A program made the position numbers and the translations under genes. Shown one piece after another: positions 18,712 through 27,812 of a stretch of DNA of 64,000 nucleotides. Source of the DNA: Candidatus Falkowbacteria bacterium (lineage in GTDB: Bacteria > Patescibacteriota > Patescibacteriia > Patescibacteriales > UBA12465); assembly GCA_026396875.1 (NCBI GenBank), contig JAPLVY010000007.1:13047-77046 (forward strand), given 5' to 3'. The notes under the pieces are model-generated. The model was not told where the DNA came from. It saw nothing but the letters and a program-made list of their open reading frames with translations, and made no database searches. How positions within the stretch are numbered: the first letter of the stretch is position 1; every line of letters starts with the position of its first letter.

Positions 18712-20217
18712 TTAGACGTGAAAGCTTTTTTTTAAATCATTATCATCTTCCTCGCGACGGCTATCGATTTTCTCTCTGGCTTGCTCTCGAAGCTCAGCCA
18801 AGTTAAAACTTTCTAGTTGTCGCGCTTTTTCTAATAAATAATCTTTTTTGTTTAGTTCAGGATCTTCAATTACCTCCGAAAGCAAGACGTCAAGAATTGC
18901 TCCAATTTTGGGACCAGGTTCAAGTTTTAGTTCGCTCATGAGACTATAGCCGTTAACGGCTAGCATTTTCACAGAAATTGGATCATTTTGAACCTTTTCC
19001 AGCATGTACTCCAAATGCCTTAATTTATAAGGCATGCCCTTCGGGGTGCCAGAACCGAGGCGATCGGCAATGCGCAAGTCAATTAAATCTTTTAGATTTT
19101 CTCGACCAACTTTTACAATCAGGCGTCTGACCGAAGCTGCGGTCACCTCTCCTACATTATAGTAGAACATGTGATTTTTCACTAGGTTAACCACTCGCAA
19201 AGAATCATCGGTGGAAAATTTCAAACGTTTCATGATTCTTTCAACCTGTCTGGCGCCAACGTATTCATGGTTATAGAAAGTGGCCGCACCATCGATAAAC
19301 TTTCTGGTTTTTGGTTTACCAATATCATGAAAAAGCCCGGCTAGACGTACCTGCCAGTCAGCACTAGGACAATGCTTCAAGGTATTAACATTATGATCAA
19401 ACACTTGATAGATATGATGATGATTCTGATCCATCGCCACCCCCTCTTCTAACTCCGGAATAATATACTGAAGTAACTTACAATCATGCATCAAACGTAT
19501 TCCTGCCGCTGGACGACCTGACTTGATAATTTTGACCAGCTCATCACGAACTCTCTCTTTGGAAACAAATTTCACGGCCCCAGCTAACTTTAAAATTGCC
19601 CGCTGCGTCTTGGCTTCGATTTCAAATCCCAATTGAGAAGAAAAACGAATTGCTCTCATCATACGCAAAGCGTCCTCCTTAAAACGTTCAGTCGGCTCAC
19701 CAACTGCACGAATTATTTTGTCCTTCAAGTCACGACGGCCACGGAATAAGTCTACCAGTTCGTAAGACTTGTCATCGATTTCAAGTAATTCGCGATGGGC
19801 TTTCAATTCCTGGCCCTTAACGGCCAATCTTAAAGCCAGAGCGTTAATCGTAAAATCACGGCGCTCCAAATCTTTGTCAATTTCCGTCTCAAAAAGCACT
19901 TCGTCTGGATGGCGTCTGTCGGAATATCCTTGTTCACTGCGATAAGTAGTAATTTCAATGACGTCTATTAATTCGCCCTTACCGGAATTATCGGGGAGCT
20001 TGCGCAGAGGTAGCAAAACAGTGCCAAATTGATTCTCGTATTTTCCCTCAGGAAAAACCGCCAGAATCTCTTCTGGCGTGGCATTAGTCGTTAAATCCCA
20101 ATCTTGAGGTTCTCGACCAAGCAAAAAATCACGGACACAGCCGCCGACAATATAGGCTTCAAAGCCTTTTTTCTCTAATTTTTGCAACAATTCTAGAATG
20201 TAAACCGGAATAACCAT
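18712..20217 (-). CDS. cca: CCA tRNA nucleotidyltransferase/poly(A) polymerase family with HD domain
   Basis: VGGCVRD, DWD, RRDFTINA, EDALRMMRAIRF, HDIGK. Confidence 0.9.
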   Translation of the reverse strand: MVIPVYILELLQKLEKKGFEAYIVGGCVRDFLLGREPQDWDLTTNATPEEILAVFPEGKYENQFGTVLLPLRKLPDNSGKGELIDVIEITTYRSEQGYSDRRHPDEVLFETEIDKDLERRDFTINALALRLAVKGQELKAHRELLEIDDKSYELVDLFRGRRDLKDKIIRAVGEPTERFKEDALRMMRAIRFSSQLGFEIEAKTQRAILKLAGAVKFVSKERVRDELVKIIKSGRPAAGIRLMHDCKLLQYIIPELEEGVAMDQNHHHIYQVFDHNVNTLKHCPSADWQVRLAGLFHDIGKPKTRKFIDGAATFYNHEYVGARQVERIMKRLKFSTDDSLRVVNLVKNHMFYYNVGEVTAASVRRLIVKVGRENLKDLIDLRIADRLGSGTPKGMPYKLRHLEYMLEKVQNDPISVKMLAVNGYSLMSELKLEPGPKIGAILDVLLSEVIEDPELNKKDYLLEKARQLESFNLAELREQAREKIDSRREEDDNDLKKSFHV

Positions 20218-20395
20218 AAATTTTCACTAAAATGCCTATCAATTATATATCATAATTTCTTATTTGACAAATAAATTACTTTGTATTGGTTTTGTTTAAA
20301 TAACAGAAAATAGTGGCTCAAAATATCAAACTAATAACACCAACATCCCTTTACGTGCTATAATGTTATTAGAAAATAATTAATTTCTAAAACTT

Positions 20396-21136
20396 ATGAA
20401 AAAATCTCAAGTATTTTTAGCAGTGCTGCTGATTCTAGCAGTCACCGCCATCGTTATCTGCGCTCTAAGATTTAACGGCCAACAAAAAAACGAAGATCGT
20501 TTCTCCGTTTCTGGCTCGGGAATAATTTATGCGAAGGCGGACATTGCCAATATTCAGTTGGGCTTCAAAACTGAAACCAAAAAAACTGCCGCTGAAGCCA
20601 CTATCGAAAGCAGCGCCAAGATGGGCGACATCATTAAGGCCATTAAAGCTTTAGGTGTTGATGAAAAAGACATTCAGACCAATAGCTACAATCTCAATCC
20701 GGTCTACAACTACACCAACATCAAGGGGCAGGAACTGGCCGGCTATGAAGTCTACCAGAACCTTAGCATCAAGGTGCGCGACCTAACCAAAATTGGTGAA
20801 ATCATTGCGAAGGGTACTGAAAAAGGCGCCAATCAAATTGGCGGAATCAGCTTCACCATTGACGATGAATTTGCCTTGAAAAATCAGGCTCGCGAGTTAG
20901 CAATCGGAAAAGCCAAGGAAAAAGCGGCCTTGATTGCCAAGCAATCTGGGATGAAACTCGGCGAAGTAAAGAGTGTTTCGGAAAATTCCAATGAAGGAGG
21001 CATTATCCCAATGTACGCTAACGCCAAAATGGATTTGGCTATCGGCTCCGGCGCCACACCAATTGCTAGTCCAGAAATTGCTACCGGACAAAATGAAATT
21101 AAAGTTGACGTCACTCTCACCTACGAAGTAAAATAA
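20396..21136 (+). CDS. SIMPL domain (DUF541) protein
   Basis: N-terminal TM, VSGSG..ADIA, IQT..YNLNPVY, GANQIGGISF, AKEKA..IA; extended -10 TGCTATAAT at 20356-20364. Confidence 0.9.
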   Translation: MKKSQVFLAVLLILAVTAIVICALRFNGQQKNEDRFSVSGSGIIYAKADIANIQLGFKTETKKTAAEATIESSAKMGDIIKAIKALGVDEKDIQTNSYNLNPVYNYTNIKGQELAGYEVYQNLSIKVRDLTKIGEIIAKGTEKGANQIGGISFTIDDEFALKNQARELAIGKAKEKAALIAKQSGMKLGEVKSVSENSNEGGIIPMYANAKMDLAIGSGATPIASPEIATGQNEIKVDVTLTYEVK

Positions 21137-21158
21137 TTAAAACAACTCCAAAAAAAGG

Positions 21159-21193
21159 AAAAAGGCTACATCTTTTGAATGTAGCCTTTTTTT
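21159..21193. terminator. Bidirectional terminator
   Basis: A5-GGCTACAT-loop-ATGTAGCC-T7. Confidence 0.85.
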
Positions 21194-21210
21194 GTAAAAT
21201 ACCTTTGTCC

Positions 21211-21651
21211 CTATTTTTTTTCGGGAGTAAGTAATATTTTTTTATCGTAGAACATCTGATAGTAGAAGTGATACGAATTGTTTTCATGCCTGTTTAAGAA
21301 AAGCAGCAGAGGTGAATTGGTGTAAATTGGCGTTGATAATTTTAAGTTTTCGTCCAATCTTTTCTTGATTGATTCAATAACCAACTTTGAAATAGAACTG
21401 GTATTATAACCGTTGAAATCGTGTCTGAGGTGAAGGCCAAGGTTACCCAGTTCAATTCCTCCTTGGTTACTGATAATACTCACTAATGAGTTTGTGTAGT
21501 TAATCAATGCAACGATTAAATCTTGCTTCTTCTGCTTTTGTTGACTAATTTTGTACAATGCGAATATCAAGCTCGCAATCAATCCGCCGATGATTAACAC
21601 TGTTAGCACGGCATTTTCTCCGATAAAACGTTTAAATTCTTCCATTTTCAA
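21211..21651 (-). CDS. Hypothetical orphan single-TM protein (146 aa)
   Basis: N-terminal TM; own consensus promoter and terminator. Confidence 0.6.
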   Translation of the reverse strand: MKMEEFKRFIGENAVLTVLIIGGLIASLIFALYKISQQKQKKQDLIVALINYTNSLVSIISNQGGIELGNLGLHLRHDFNGYNTSSISKLVIESIKKRLDENLKLSTPIYTNSPLLLFLNRHENNSYHFYYQMFYDKKILLTPEKK

Positions 21652-21786
21652 GTTTTGTTTTTTTGTTAATAATATAATTTATAAAAGTGATAATTGTTTA
21701 CTTGTTTTTTCACGCATCATCAGAATAAAAAGCTGATGAGTAAAAAAACAAGTAAAACTTCACTAAAATCTTGGCTGGAAGGATTA

Positions 21787-21850
21787 ATTGTCAAAGAACT
21801 GGCTTCAAACTTACAAGAGTAATTATAACATATTTTATAAATATTGTCAA
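21787..21850 (-). promoter_or_regulatory. Perfect sigma70 promoter with downstream boxA-like motif
   Basis: TTGACA-17 bp (ending TGT)-TATAAT (21850 to 21822); AGTTCTTTGACAAT (21800 to 21787). Confidence 0.8.
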
Positions 21851-21891
21851 TAAAAAGGTTTTAAATCAAACATGTTGTGCTAATAATAAAC

Positions 21892-21921
21892 AAAAAAACC
21901 ACCAAATAAAGGTGGCTTTTT
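21892..21921 (-). terminator. Terminator of the gap-hydrogenase operon
   Basis: CCACC/GGTGG stem with a U7 tail on the - strand, just after the hydA stop. Confidence 0.7.
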
Positions 21922-21938
21922 GAAGGCAAGAATAGGGA

Positions 21939-23636
21939 TTAAACCCTTTTTTTGAACTTCGTATGCAATAATTCGTGAGCGCGCTTATTTGTCTTGGCCC
22001 ATTCCATGTACTCCAAAACTGGACGATTGTCGTGTGCAGAACGCATTGGTAGTTTGTCATCTAACTGATAAAGTGCGGCTGTTCTTGACGCTCTTTCTTT
22101 GGCAGTGGTTGGTATTGGCTGTCCTCCACCACCAAGGCATCCACCCGGACAAGACATAACTTCGATATAGTCGTACTTACTCAAATTTTTAATCACCGGT
22201 TCAATGTTACCGATACCGTTTACAACCGCGACCCTCAAAGTGCGCCCAAAAATATTTACCTTCGCTTCCTTAAGACCGGAGGCGCCACGAACCGTTTTGA
22301 AGGCAATTTTTTTGGAGCGCTGGCCGTCAAGTAAAAACTTGGCTGATCGCAAGGCGGCCTCCATGACGCCACCAGAAGCACCATAGATAGCACCAGCGCC
22401 AGAACCATTATTCAGACAGAGGTCGTGAGCAACCGGCTTAAGCGCCGCGAAATCAATACCTGCTTTTTTAATCATAAAAGCAAATTCGCGAGTGGTGATT
22501 ACTCTGTCTACTGGCATCACGCCACTCTTTAGTCGGAATTCCGGGCGAACGATTTCAAATTTTTTGGCCGTACAAGGCATGACCGAAACAATTTCTATTC
22601 TCTTGGGATTAATCTTTTGCTCTTTGGCCCACCAAGATTTTATCAAACTACCCAAATGCATGTGCGGTGAACGAGCGCTAGTCAAGTGAGGAATAATTTC
22701 TGGGTGATAGTGTTCAACATAACGTACCCAGGCCGGACAACAAGAAGTAGTCATTGGTAAAACCGCTTTTTTGTCCTTTAATTTCTCCACCAATTCTTCC
22801 GCCTCTGTCATGGTCGTGATATCGGCGCCCAAATCAACATCAAAGACATAATCAAAGCCTAACATTTTTAAAGCGCTAGCAATTCTTCCTGGCATCTTGT
22901 CATCAAAAGGCAAGCCGAATTCTTCACCGATTGCCGCACGAATGGAAGGGGCAAACTGAGCGATCATGATCTTCTTTTTATTCTTTAGGGCTTTATTCAA
23001 TTCAGTAACAGAAAAGTTTTCCTGAATGGCGGAAACTGGGCAGCGCAAAGCGCATTGACCGCAAGAAATACAAGCAGAATCTTTTTTTGTCGCTTTGATA
23101 ATTTTATTAATTCCCTGTCCCTCGGAACGAAAGAAATTAATTTTCTGCAGATCAGCACAGGCGTCCACACAGTTATTACAGTCAATACATTGCTGATGGT
23201 TAAATTCCAGAGCCCCGCCGCCAAAAATTTCAATCTTACGGCGCATCTTTCTCTCCGGAAAGGTATTGGCCACTATTTTGTATTCTCTGGCCAGACGCAA
23301 AAGGTCGCAATCAAATAAACGAGGGCAATCTGCACAATACTCGGCGTGAGTTGCAAAAAGTAATTTCAAGTTTTCTTGACGACTTTTGGTGGCCTTAGGA
23401 CTATCAGTAAAAATCTCCATTCCGGAAACCGCTGACGCCTGGCAAGAGGCGACCAGTTTTTCCCTGCCCCTAACTTCAACAGCACAAACCCGGCAATTCG
23501 CCTTAACCTTTAAATCGGGGTGGTGGCAAAGAGATGGAATTAGCACTCCAGCATTTTCTGCTGCCATCAAAATAGTTTCACCAGACTCACAGGTGACCTT
23601 TTTACCGTTTAATTTGAAGTTTACTTTTTTGGTCAT
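21939..23636 (-). CDS. hydA: [FeFe]-hydrogenase group A catalytic subunit (M3 architecture)
   Basis: H-cluster L1 TSCCPAW, L2 MPCTAKKFE, L3 EVMSCPGGCLGGGGQP; N-terminal 2Fe-2S (SLC..CRVC..SC); His-ligated HAEYCADC..C; two 4Fe-4S motifs CIDCNNCVDAC and CISCGQCALRCP. Confidence 0.95.
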   Translation of the reverse strand: MTKKVNFKLNGKKVTCESGETILMAAENAGVLIPSLCHHPDLKVKANCRVCAVEVRGREKLVASCQASAVSGMEIFTDSPKATKSRQENLKLLFATHAEYCADCPRLFDCDLLRLAREYKIVANTFPERKMRRKIEIFGGGALEFNHQQCIDCNNCVDACADLQKINFFRSEGQGINKIIKATKKDSACISCGQCALRCPVSAIQENFSVTELNKALKNKKKIMIAQFAPSIRAAIGEEFGLPFDDKMPGRIASALKMLGFDYVFDVDLGADITTMTEAEELVEKLKDKKAVLPMTTSCCPAWVRYVEHYHPEIIPHLTSARSPHMHLGSLIKSWWAKEQKINPKRIEIVSVMPCTAKKFEIVRPEFRLKSGVMPVDRVITTREFAFMIKKAGIDFAALKPVAHDLCLNNGSGAGAIYGASGGVMEAALRSAKFLLDGQRSKKIAFKTVRGASGLKEAKVNIFGRTLRVAVVNGIGNIEPVIKNLSKYDYIEVMSCPGGCLGGGGQPIPTTAKERASRTAALYQLDDKLPMRSAHDNRPVLEYMEWAKTNKRAHELLHTKFKKRV

Positions 23637-23646
23637 GAGAAATTAA

Positions 23647-24420
23647 TTATTTCTTTACTTCTTTTAAATTCTTATAAAGGAGAACCGTGAAGACATAAAG
23701 GAATGGTGACACGATAAACATAATAATCGAGTCGATAATATTCCAGGAAGTAACAAACACGGAGTTTCCTTGAAATGCTGCGCCAGGTAAACCGACAATC
23801 AGACTGAAGAGGTACAAAGCAAAACCGAGGAAAACAAGGCGACCAAAGGTGGCCCACCAATAACCTTTTACTAGCTCTTTGCTGGCTTTAATAGCGCTCA
23901 TGCCTTTTTTCCCCTCAAAGATAAAAATAATGACGGCAAAGCTATAGAAAACCGCAAAAATGATTCCAGGGATAATTAGTAAAATACTCCACAGAAGTAC
24001 TAGCACTAAGACCAAAAGACTTAACAGGAAAAACGGGGTAAACAGTCCCTTGCTCTCCTCCCAGGAAGATTTCACGGAAGAGAAACCGTTTTTAATTAAA
24101 AGGTAGGTAGCAGCTTTGGCTCTAGTACTATACCAGATGGCTAATGCCAAAGTGGCCAAGGCAATAATAACAATTAAAACCTTAATGACGACTGAGAGCA
24201 CCATGGAATCCTGGCCCTTCATTAAAAATAAAGTGGCCAAGCCAGCAATCAAGGCAACTCCGGCGAAAATTGCCAGAATAGCCAAGAGACCGTAGAGAGA
24301 TATGGTTACTAAATTCTTAAAATTGCTCCAATACATTTTCCAAGAGTTTTCAAATAAATCGAAAACTGGAATTAATTTTTTCTTAGCCGCCTTGGCAACT
24401 AACTTTTTTTCTGTTTCCAT
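23647..24420 (-). CDS. Integral membrane protein (about 5 TM), unknown function
   Basis: LFENSWKMY, LLIIPGIIF, AIKASKELVKGYWW motif of a common uncharacterised membrane family. Confidence 0.8.
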   Translation of the reverse strand: METEKKLVAKAAKKKLIPVFDLFENSWKMYWSNFKNLVTISLYGLLAILAIFAGVALIAGLATLFLMKGQDSMVLSVVIKVLIVIIALATLALAIWYSTRAKAATYLLIKNGFSSVKSSWEESKGLFTPFFLLSLLVLVLVLLWSILLIIPGIIFAVFYSFAVIIFIFEGKKGMSAIKASKELVKGYWWATFGRLVFLGFALYLFSLIVGLPGAAFQGNSVFVTSWNIIDSIIMFIVSPFLYVFTVLLYKNLKEVKK

Positions 24421-24443
24421 AAATTTTTTTTTAATAATTTTTT

Positions 24444-25490
24444 CTATTTTTTTATTTTTATTTTTAAAATATTTTCAGCATAACTATTTAGGGGTATGGG
24501 CAGGCTGGCACCAAGAGCACAGAAGCTGGAAGCTGAAAGGTTGTCCAGCAAATCCCTAACCTCGCCTTTAAAATTCAAGAAGTTCTTTGGGTCGGCTTTG
24601 AATAGTTCCAGCAAGCGATAAGTTCCCTCTCGACAAGGAGTACAATGGCCGCAAGTCTCGGCAACATAAAATTCTAGCCATTCTTTAACCAAGCGACGAG
24701 GATCAGTACCTGCCAAAACCACTTTAATTGATCCTGCCCCACCAACCGGGCGCTTGAGTTGCTTTTGGTTCAAGACTTCACCACTCATATCTCCGCCCAC
24801 AACTACAAAAAAATCTCTTTTTGGTGTATTGCCAGTTTCCTCTAGGATTTCTGAGATGCTGGCACTTTCGGAATAGGCATAAACTCCTGGATTTTTAAGA
24901 TCACCAGTAAGCGAATAGAATCTCTCTTGTTTAAACCTTCCCAAAACTAGCAGTCCAATATTATAGAAAGTTTCAAGATTATTAATTAAAGTTGGGCAAC
25001 CAAATAAACCTTTTTCTGCCGGATATGGTGGCTTGAGGCGTGGCTCAGCCAAAGAAAATTCAATAACATTGAGCATAGCACTTTCTTCTCCACTGATATA
25101 GGAGTGGCCGTTTTTAAACTCATTTCGCCAGAGTTTTCGAACAATCAAATTTTCTTTCTTCGCCAACTCTTGATCCAGGGAAGGCATGAATTCTTTACCG
25201 TAGTCAGCACTGGTAAAAAAATATATTTGAGAAATATTCTCTGGGCCAAAAAAGCTAATTGCCGCTCGTAAACCGGCAAAAAACTCAAGTAAATGATTAT
25301 CTAAAATGTGAGCATCTTTAAAAACTCCCGGTTCACCTTCAGAACAATTAACCACGATAATACCCTTTTTGCCACTCTTTTTTATGGAATCAAAAACACT
25401 TTGCCATTTTGAGGCAACAGGAAAGCTGGCGCCACCACGGCCGCAAAGGTTAGCTTTTTTGATTAAATTCAGAATTTTCTGATCAGGCAT
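24444..25490 (-). CDS. Minimal NuoF/HydB-like NADH:flavin subunit
   Basis: LCGRGGASFP..KW, NCSEGEPGVFKD, YISGEES, PRLKPPYP..GLFG.PT.INN.ET, SLBB region, ETCGHCTPCREG..FCALG. Confidence 0.9.
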   Translation of the reverse strand: MPDQKILNLIKKANLCGRGGASFPVASKWQSVFDSIKKSGKKGIIVVNCSEGEPGVFKDAHILDNHLLEFFAGLRAAISFFGPENISQIYFFTSADYGKEFMPSLDQELAKKENLIVRKLWRNEFKNGHSYISGEESAMLNVIEFSLAEPRLKPPYPAEKGLFGCPTLINNLETFYNIGLLVLGRFKQERFYSLTGDLKNPGVYAYSESASISEILEETGNTPKRDFFVVVGGDMSGEVLNQKQLKRPVGGAGSIKVVLAGTDPRRLVKEWLEFYVAETCGHCTPCREGTYRLLELFKADPKNFLNFKGEVRDLLDNLSASSFCALGASLPIPLNSYAENILKIKIKK

Positions 25491-25499
25491 GCAGGACTT

Positions 25500-26516
25500 T
25501 TATTTTAAATATTTTTTAAGCAGATAGGACAGTTCGACCAAACGATGCGAATAACCCCATTCGTTGTCATACCAAGCAACCACCTTGAGCAGGTCGCCGC
25601 CGACAAGCATGGTCGACTTCAAGTCAACAATTGAGCTGTTGGCGTTACCGATAATGTCGGAGGAAACTAGTTCTTCGTTGGAGGCTTCGATAATTCCCTT
25701 CATTTTCCCCCTGGACGCAATAACAAAAGCTTTATTGACTGCTTCAACAGTGGTTTTTTTACCAAGAACAAAAACTGTATCACAAAGAGAACCGACAGGA
25801 GTTGGAACTCGTACCGCCAAACCATCAAAACTATTTTTCAAGGAAGGAATAGTTTCAGTTACCGCAGTAGCCGCGCCAGTAGTGGTCGGCACAATATTCA
25901 TCGCTGCCGCTCGTGCTCGACGCAAATCTTTGTGTGGTCCGTCAACCAAATTTTGATCAGCGGTATAGGAATGAATAGTAGTCATTAAAGCTTTTTTGAT
26001 GCCGAAATGACTCTTAATAACCGAGGTAACGGGGGCTAGACAATTAGTGGTACAGGAAGCACAAGAAACCACGTTGTCAGTCTTGGAGATTTTATCTTCA
26101 TTTACTCCGATTACAATAGTTTTCACTTTGCCCTTTGCGGGAGCACTAATAATCACCTTCTGTGCGCCGGCATCGAGATGAGCCTGAACTTCTTCAGCGC
26201 TACGAAACTTCCCGGTACACTCGAGAACAATGTCAACTTTTAATTTTTTCCAAGGCAACAAATTAGGATCTTTCTGAGAAAAAACTGGATATTTTTGATT
26301 ATCGACCACCAGGGAATCTTTGGTGCTGCTAATTTTTCTTTGATAACGACCGTAGCAAGTATCATATTCCAGAAGATGCGCGAGAGTGGCCGTATCAGTT
26401 AAGTCGTTAACTGCTACGATATTCAATTTTGGGTGTTCATCCAAAATAATCTTAAAGGCCGCCCGACCAATGCGACCGAAGCCGTTAATTGCAATATTAA
26501 TCTTGCGATTGAACAT
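25500..26516 (-). CDS. gap: Glyceraldehyde-3-phosphate dehydrogenase, type I
   Basis: INGFGRIGR, ASCTTNC, WYDNEWGYS; extended -10 TGCTATAAT at 26562-26554. Confidence 0.98.
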   Translation of the reverse strand: MFNRKINIAINGFGRIGRAAFKIILDEHPKLNIVAVNDLTDTATLAHLLEYDTCYGRYQRKISSTKDSLVVDNQKYPVFSQKDPNLLPWKKLKVDIVLECTGKFRSAEEVQAHLDAGAQKVIISAPAKGKVKTIVIGVNEDKISKTDNVVSCASCTTNCLAPVTSVIKSHFGIKKALMTTIHSYTADQNLVDGPHKDLRRARAAAMNIVPTTTGAATAVTETIPSLKNSFDGLAVRVPTPVGSLCDTVFVLGKKTTVEAVNKAFVIASRGKMKGIIEASNEELVSSDIIGNANSSIVDLKSTMLVGGDLLKVVAWYDNEWGYSHRLVELSYLLKKYLK

Positions 26517-26580
26517 ATAAAAATTGTTTAAATAAATTTTATTAGTTAATTAAATTATAGCATAAGCGTCAAAAAAAATA

Positions 26581-26624
26581 AAAAAAGAGTATTACTTGCC
26601 ATGCAATGACAAGTAACACTCTTT
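26581..26624 (-). terminator. Terminator after the small orphan gene
   Basis: AAAGAGT-TTACTTG..CAAGTAA-ACTCTTT imperfect stem with an A-run that reads as a U tail on the - strand. Confidence 0.6.
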
Positions 26625-26645
26625 AAACCTTGGTGGCGCCCTTGA

Positions 26646-26885
26646 TTATCCAAAGAAACTAAGAGCCTGAAACATCTCCGAAAAAGAATCTAGGGCCTCT
26701 TCTCTCCTTTTTAATAGAATAGAGAAAGAGATAATGGCAAGAAGGGAAAAAATTCCCAAAGCAATCGGCCAACCTTCCTCTGAAGGCACGTTGATTTTCA
26801 CAAGCGAGCCAACAAGTCCGATAATCACATAGATGAAAGCAAAAATTAGCACATCTATGTCAAGTGAATTGATAATTTTCTTCAT
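26646..26885 (-). CDS. Hypothetical small 2-TM orphan protein (79 aa)
   Basis: Two hydrophobic helices; own promoter TTGACA-17-TATTAT (26940 to 26912). Confidence 0.6.
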   Translation of the reverse strand: MKKIINSLDIDVLIFAFIYVIIGLVGSLVKINVPSEEGWPIALGIFSLLAIISFSILLKRREEALDSFSEMFQALSFFG

Positions 26886-26954
26886 GGATTAAAATTTTAA
26901 TGATCAACCTAATAATATCACGATATTAGACAATTGTCAATAATAGGGACATAT

Positions 26955-26984
26955 AAAAACACCCGCGATTAGCGAGTGTTTTTT
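26955..26984 (-). terminator. Terminator of the rpsB-tsf-ricT operon
   Basis: AAAAACAC.CGC-loop-GCGAGTGTTTTTT. Confidence 0.7.
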
Positions 26985-27003
26985 ATATTTATTCAAATAT
27001 TCC

Positions 27004-27810
27004 CTATTTCTTCTTGTTTTTTCGGTTTAAATCAACCTCCATCACTGCGTCTCTTTCCCCGCTCTTTTCGGCTGGGAAACGAACATCGACTGATTGTTTT
27101 AAGACGTGATGACCAACAACAATCCCTCGACGACCGTCAACGTTAACCTTTGCGCCATAAGCTGGCATCTTGCCGCGAAGCTCTTTATAGCCTTCGTATT
27201 CGTAGGCCAGGCAACACATTAGGCGTCCGCACATCCCGGAAATACGATCACTGCCTCGATGAACAACCTGCTGAACCTCTGCCATCTCCGAGGTAACGGA
27301 AGAAAATTCCTTTACCGAACCACGACAACATAACTTTTTACCACAACCGCCGCAATCGCCAGTGAGGCGCGCTTCATCGCGAGCGCCAATCTGAGTTAGA
27401 CGAATATTGGCATTGAAGTGAGCGGTCAGTTCTTTTACCAATTCACGAAAATCAACTCGACCATCAGCAATAAAAGCAAAGTTAAGGCGGTTACCCTCAA
27501 AGGAGAAGTGCACGTCCACGAGCTTCATATCAAGATTTTGACGATTGGCAATCTCCCGACAAACCTCCAGGGACTCACGCTTCTTCTCTTCGCTAGGCAG
27601 ACGATTTAATTCTGATTTCTCGGCACGGCGGATAATCTCTTTGAGTTCTTCGCCCTTACCAGTTTCTTTGACAAAGCCGACAATCTTGCCGATTTCCCGC
27701 CCCAGTTCGGTGGCAACCAAAACCTGATCACCAACCTTAAAAGAATCTTCTTCGGTAGAAAAATTATAAATTTTGTCCCAGGAAACGAATTGAACTTCGG
27801 CAATTCTCAT
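27004..27810 (-). CDS. ricT: PSP1 C-terminal domain protein (RicT/YaaT family)
   Basis: ADGRVDFRELVKEL, IGARDEAR, CGGCGKKLCC, SGMCGRLMCCLAYE. Confidence 0.92.
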   Translation of the reverse strand: MRIAEVQFVSWDKIYNFSTEEDSFKVGDQVLVATELGREIGKIVGFVKETGKGEELKEIIRRAEKSELNRLPSEEKKRESLEVCREIANRQNLDMKLVDVHFSFEGNRLNFAFIADGRVDFRELVKELTAHFNANIRLTQIGARDEARLTGDCGGCGKKLCCRGSVKEFSSVTSEMAEVQQVVHRGSDRISGMCGRLMCCLAYEYEGYKELRGKMPAYGAKVNVDGRRGIVVGHHVLKQSVDVRFPAEKSGERDAVMEVDLNRKNKKK

Positions 27811-27812
27811 AC

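Noticed and set aside
24444-25490. Respiratory complex I
   Set aside because: No other nuo genes; the context is the [FeFe]-hydrogenase
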